A DNA stretch of 64,000 nucleotides, taken from contig NMRA01000253.1 in assembly GCA_002633005.1 (NCBI GenBank), positions 73,251-137,250 of the forward strand, in the 5' to 3' direction. The stretch comes from Phoronis australis. Taxonomy: Eukaryota > Animalia > Phoronida. A program made the translations under genes and the position numbers. The notes under the pieces are model-generated. The model ran no database searches, was not told the DNA's origin, and saw only the letters and a program-made list of their open reading frames with translations. Shown in pieces: positions 59,977 to 64,000 of the stretch; the stretch's first letter is position 1; the number at the start of each line of letters is the position of its first letter.

Positions 59977-62722
59977 CGGGGCGAGAACGAACCTGAATGT
60001 GACCTCAAATGTGAGTAGACTGATTGTGAAGTCAGCCTTTTTATTCGCAGTTAGCCAAGCTGTGTTCAGTATCACGTGACATCATGACGTCATGAAATTT
60101 CGTGCTTCGCCTGAGCTGGATTAACGACAAAAGGTGATGAACCGGACTACAATATTCACACCTGTCTCGTTTCGCACCTTGAGTATCTCAGTGACCACAA
60201 GTGTAGATGTCTTTTGTTGGCTTGGCGTGTCGTTGGAGAATTAAATAACCATGTTACATGTACACGTACGTGTATATGACTCTCAAAACCACGATTATGC
60301 TATTTGAATGAAACGAAATTGATAGTCCTTCTATCATAAAAACGGATGGTGAACTTTTTAAGCAACAGTGCATTCAAAATTTTCACGATTTCCTTCGAAA
60401 TACCCTCACTCATCTGAGACGGATATGTCAATAAGTAGAAAATAATACACAATGTTTTTGAAAAAACGTTTCATTTCTACAGCAGAAAGTTTCTGTTGAT
60501 AGTTTGCCAATAAGCTACATTCCTCATGTATCTTTATAGGCACTCAATGGCAATCAAACGTTGTTTTATGTTACGACTTACCTTTCATTAATGATGCCTG
60601 TCTTTAAGATGCGTCTCTTTGGAGTCACACGAGTCACATTAGGGTGGAAACCAAACGTTTTTGGTATCGTCTTTACCAAACATACAAATACTAGTTTTTA
60701 ATTTAAAGAATTGTTGTCGTGGTGCAAAACTGAGCGTGCGAAACTATGAAGTTATGTAAATGGCCTACTATAAGGCCGTTTTCTTGTTTTTTGCATTCAA
60801 TTTATCGAAGCAAATCGAGCAATGTGTTTGTTGAATGAAAATGAATAGCAAGACCAAGATAAGAGTCTACGGCTGACATTGTTTACGTAACTAATTCAGT
60901 TGAAAATAAAAGCTCTTACGCTCTCGGTGAATGTCTGAAAAAAGAAATTTTAATTTACATGCTAGTGAATATTCCTTTTATTCAACATGTTATGTTAGGG
61001 TAAAAACAACTTTACAATAACGAGTCGTGCAAGACTTTGAACTGATATTAATTACTCAAGATGTAAATTTGTTTCAAAACAGCAGCGTCGAATATCAAAC
61101 TAGTAGTTTTGCATTGCGTACTGCGCAATACTTGATCGTTGCATACAACAGTTGTAAAACGAATTAGCAATTAAAATAGTTCAATATTCTCGTTTGGGGT
61201 GGACAAAGTTGTTGCCCCTCATGATGTCTTGGATCCCCCTACGTGAATAGCCCATTACTTGTCGTCAAAAACTACAACATTTGTCAAATTTAATGAGCCC
61301 AAATGCTGATTTTTAGAAAAAAGGTGATAAAAGTTGTGAATTATTACAACCATGACAATCCTGATGTTTTGGATTTGTGTTTTGGTGTTTCTTTTAGTGC
61401 AAAAGTAAGATAACTTGTGGTATGTATTTCAACATCAGTATAGTGTTCCACTGGACTTTGGTCTAGGGGGTATAACGCCTGTTGAATGAAACATGATTGC
61501 TGCAATTTTTCAAATTAGTTTATATCGCATGCGGCGGTGCAGTAACCGAGTCACGTGTCCGTACAAAACCCAAAAAGTACCGTGATTCGAGCAAGGACAG
61601 AAGGCGAGATCCTCCGATCTCGCGAAGCTGTCTGAGGGCTTCGCCCTAATCTACTCTCTCACATGCCGTGATTCGACGAAGTAAAATGAAGTGGTCGAAG
61701 AAATGAAGTGAAATCTCTGACGTATAAATTGGGCTTTATAGACATGATGTAAAAGTACTTCCTTAAACATGATATGCATGTAAGTATGCATTTTGTATGT
61801 GGTGAATCATTGTGTTATCCAAAGTTGTACAGCCAACGATTGTAAACGGTAAGTACCGTTTGTTAACCTTCTAAACTGACGCCCAAACATCAAGATTGCA
61901 CTGCAATGCGCAAATGTTCGCTAACAACACCCAGAAATTAATTCTACGGGTTTTTCATTCGTTCTTGTAAAATGGAATGGGAAGTGGAGATAAACTGTGG
62001 GTGTGGAAAGGAGCAAAAGTATAGGTTGATACTGCGATGTAATGCGGAACGGTCCCGCCAAAATATGGGCGGTGCAGCACTGAAAAAATTGGGCTGTAGC
62101 CACCCCCAGCCCCCTATGGTGCGCCGCGCATGCAAAAGCGGTGCGGCTAGCAAAATGTACGGTATCGAATATGTCAACTGAAAACAACCGGAGCATGTGG
62201 ACCGTGATTCAAAAGTTGCACGAGACTTCTCCTGGGTCGAACGAAAATTAGGGCTAAATCAATCGGACGTACTCTACTTCAAATTACCAAATCCTATAAG
62301 ACTGAGCTCTTAGAGTTGGAGAACTTCTAAACACCTTCCGACTAGTCTGATCCGACGGTCGGTTTCACGTGCATTTGGTGTGCTTACAGAGCGTAGTAGT
62401 TGTCAAATGACGCAAAGGACACAGTGTGGTCGGCCAGTCTGTATTTGACTAATTATGGGGGTAATTGTGCATTGATCTTTAGGGGCATGATTGTTCTGAT
62501 TGCAATTTTTACGTTCATTTGCTATGTACGTGATTGTTCGTCGTTGTGTAATGCTGGTGTAACTAATTGATAATGGCTTTCGAAGCCTTGGCCTTGCATA
62601 CTTTGCAAAATACTGTTTTGAACTAAGGCTAATTTATTGTTTAAACGTTGCATCTTTTTTACCGTGGGCTGCCGAGTTATTAATTTATTGACATTCGGCA
62701 TGTATAGGTTATATTGACCGAA

Positions 62723-62900
62723 GTTACCTCGAGGACAGTTAAGAGATGTGGCCAAGTTCGCAAAGGTCAAATACAGCGGCGCATTGTTGCAACTATCGGA
62801 CTTCGCAACCCGTTGCACATTTTTCAATAAAAACAAAACAGTCCGGTTTTCGATCTACGTCAACAGAGAGCGTGACATCTGCTGAGGAATCTTCCATTCC
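62723..62900 (+). pseudogene. Inverted, decayed fragment of helical family subtype A
   Basis: gttacctcgaggacagttaagagatgtggccaagttcgcaaaggtcaaatacagcggcg...ggacttcgcaac...atctacgtcaaca aligns with the 3' half of the subtype A coding strand. Indels present, no 5' end, no stem-loop. Confidence 0.75.
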
Positions 62901-64000
62901 ACGATTAAAGTTTATTGTAAAAGTCACAAAATAACTAATTGATAAAGGCTTTATGGCATTCAGATTTAGGACAACAAGTTATATCGTTCAAACTAGTTTA
63001 TTCGTTTCAAAAACCAGTGTCTGAGGTATTTTTTAAACGCGCTTGCTGAAATTATTCGGGTCTGTTTCAGTTTAGTAACTTAGCAGAGAAGCACATTTTC
63101 GATATGATACAGGCGTGAACCTGGTGTCCGTTCCAAGAAAAATCACTTATCTAAGATAAATCTAAAATTTCAGTCAATTTCAAAATAAAACTTAAATTTG
63201 TCTCACATCTCTTTCAAGAAACAAATCTTTAGTTTGACTTAATTTTTTGTCAAAGTTATATCTTGATTTTGACTGACTTACCGAATCTAGAAGTTTCAAA
63301 ATTTGGAAGTTGAGACAAATATTGCACTTTTGTCAAAAATCAACTTAAGTTAGTTTTTTGTCAAGGGTCCTTGAACCAAACATTTTTTCTAACTTAAGTC
63401 TTCAACATCTTTATTAGTGACGTGTTGTTCCGGTAGTCTGAGTTTAAATTTCAGGCTACCGAAACAATACGATATTAATGAGTATTGTTCCTACCGTATT
63501 AATAACGATTCTTCTAACGGGCGTTTCAATTTCGCCGATTCCTTCAAGGACAAGTTACTGCCGTTAACTTGATTTATTCGAGATTGAAGCTTACAATTTT
63601 GGTTTGTCTCAATTGACTGAGCACCGCGCGGTAATTTAGATGCGATGCAATTGCATTTCGGTCTATACAGGTACACTCCTCCTGTTTCATTTAATCTGTT
63701 TGAAAATATTTAAATAGATCAAATGCAAAGAAAATTAGGCTAAACAATGGTCGAATGATACTTTTGCAACATGACGTCAATTTTTACGTTTTTTAAAGAA
63801 AATCCATAGTATAAAAACAAAGACACAAAAGACAGTGATCTCCGTCTAAAATAATTTTGTGATATCATGTGAGTGATGACTTGCAGGCAATGTTTGTCCT
63901 AAACTGATGAAATCCTACAATGGATTATTTGAAATGACTGCGGTGTCTGAAATGGAACGTACTGTAAAACGTGACTTTAAAAGACCTATTCGTGTAAATA

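Larger units (their letters stand above)
42060..61750. repeat. Tandem segmental-duplication array carrying the helical gene family
   Basis: A ~1.7-kb non-coding block recurs at ~42060-43740, 47840-49960, 51555-52060 (partial), 57370-59190 and 61430-61750 (partial), interleaved with gene copies. Confidence 0.85.

Overview
This is AT-rich eukaryotic (animal) scaffold DNA with spliceosomal introns, transposon debris and two N-gaps. The style suggests a marine invertebrate, which is inference only. Conventional genes: a 4-exon proline-racemase-family gene (L3HYPDH-like, 10829-16153, +) and an intronless 924-aa LRR/Ig surface protein (24722-27496, -). Mobile DNA: an internally deleted Kolobok transposon (28909-30604; TTAA TSD, ~150-bp TIRs, THAP and KolX/P2X7-ballast-like fragments), several MITEs, and LINE and Penelope remnants. 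The main observation is a family of intronless, 87-97 aa, helical NON-histone ORFs: six full-length copies and two fragments, mostly in a tandem array at 42-63 kb. Every full-length copy ends a short distance after its stop codon in a replication-dependent-histone-type 3' cassette. The cassette is a stem-loop (AACAGCCCTTTTAAGGGCTACCCA), a 7-nt variable spacer and a purine-rich element complementary to the 5' end of U7 snRNA. This suggests non-histone mRNAs processed by the SLBP/U7 pathway.
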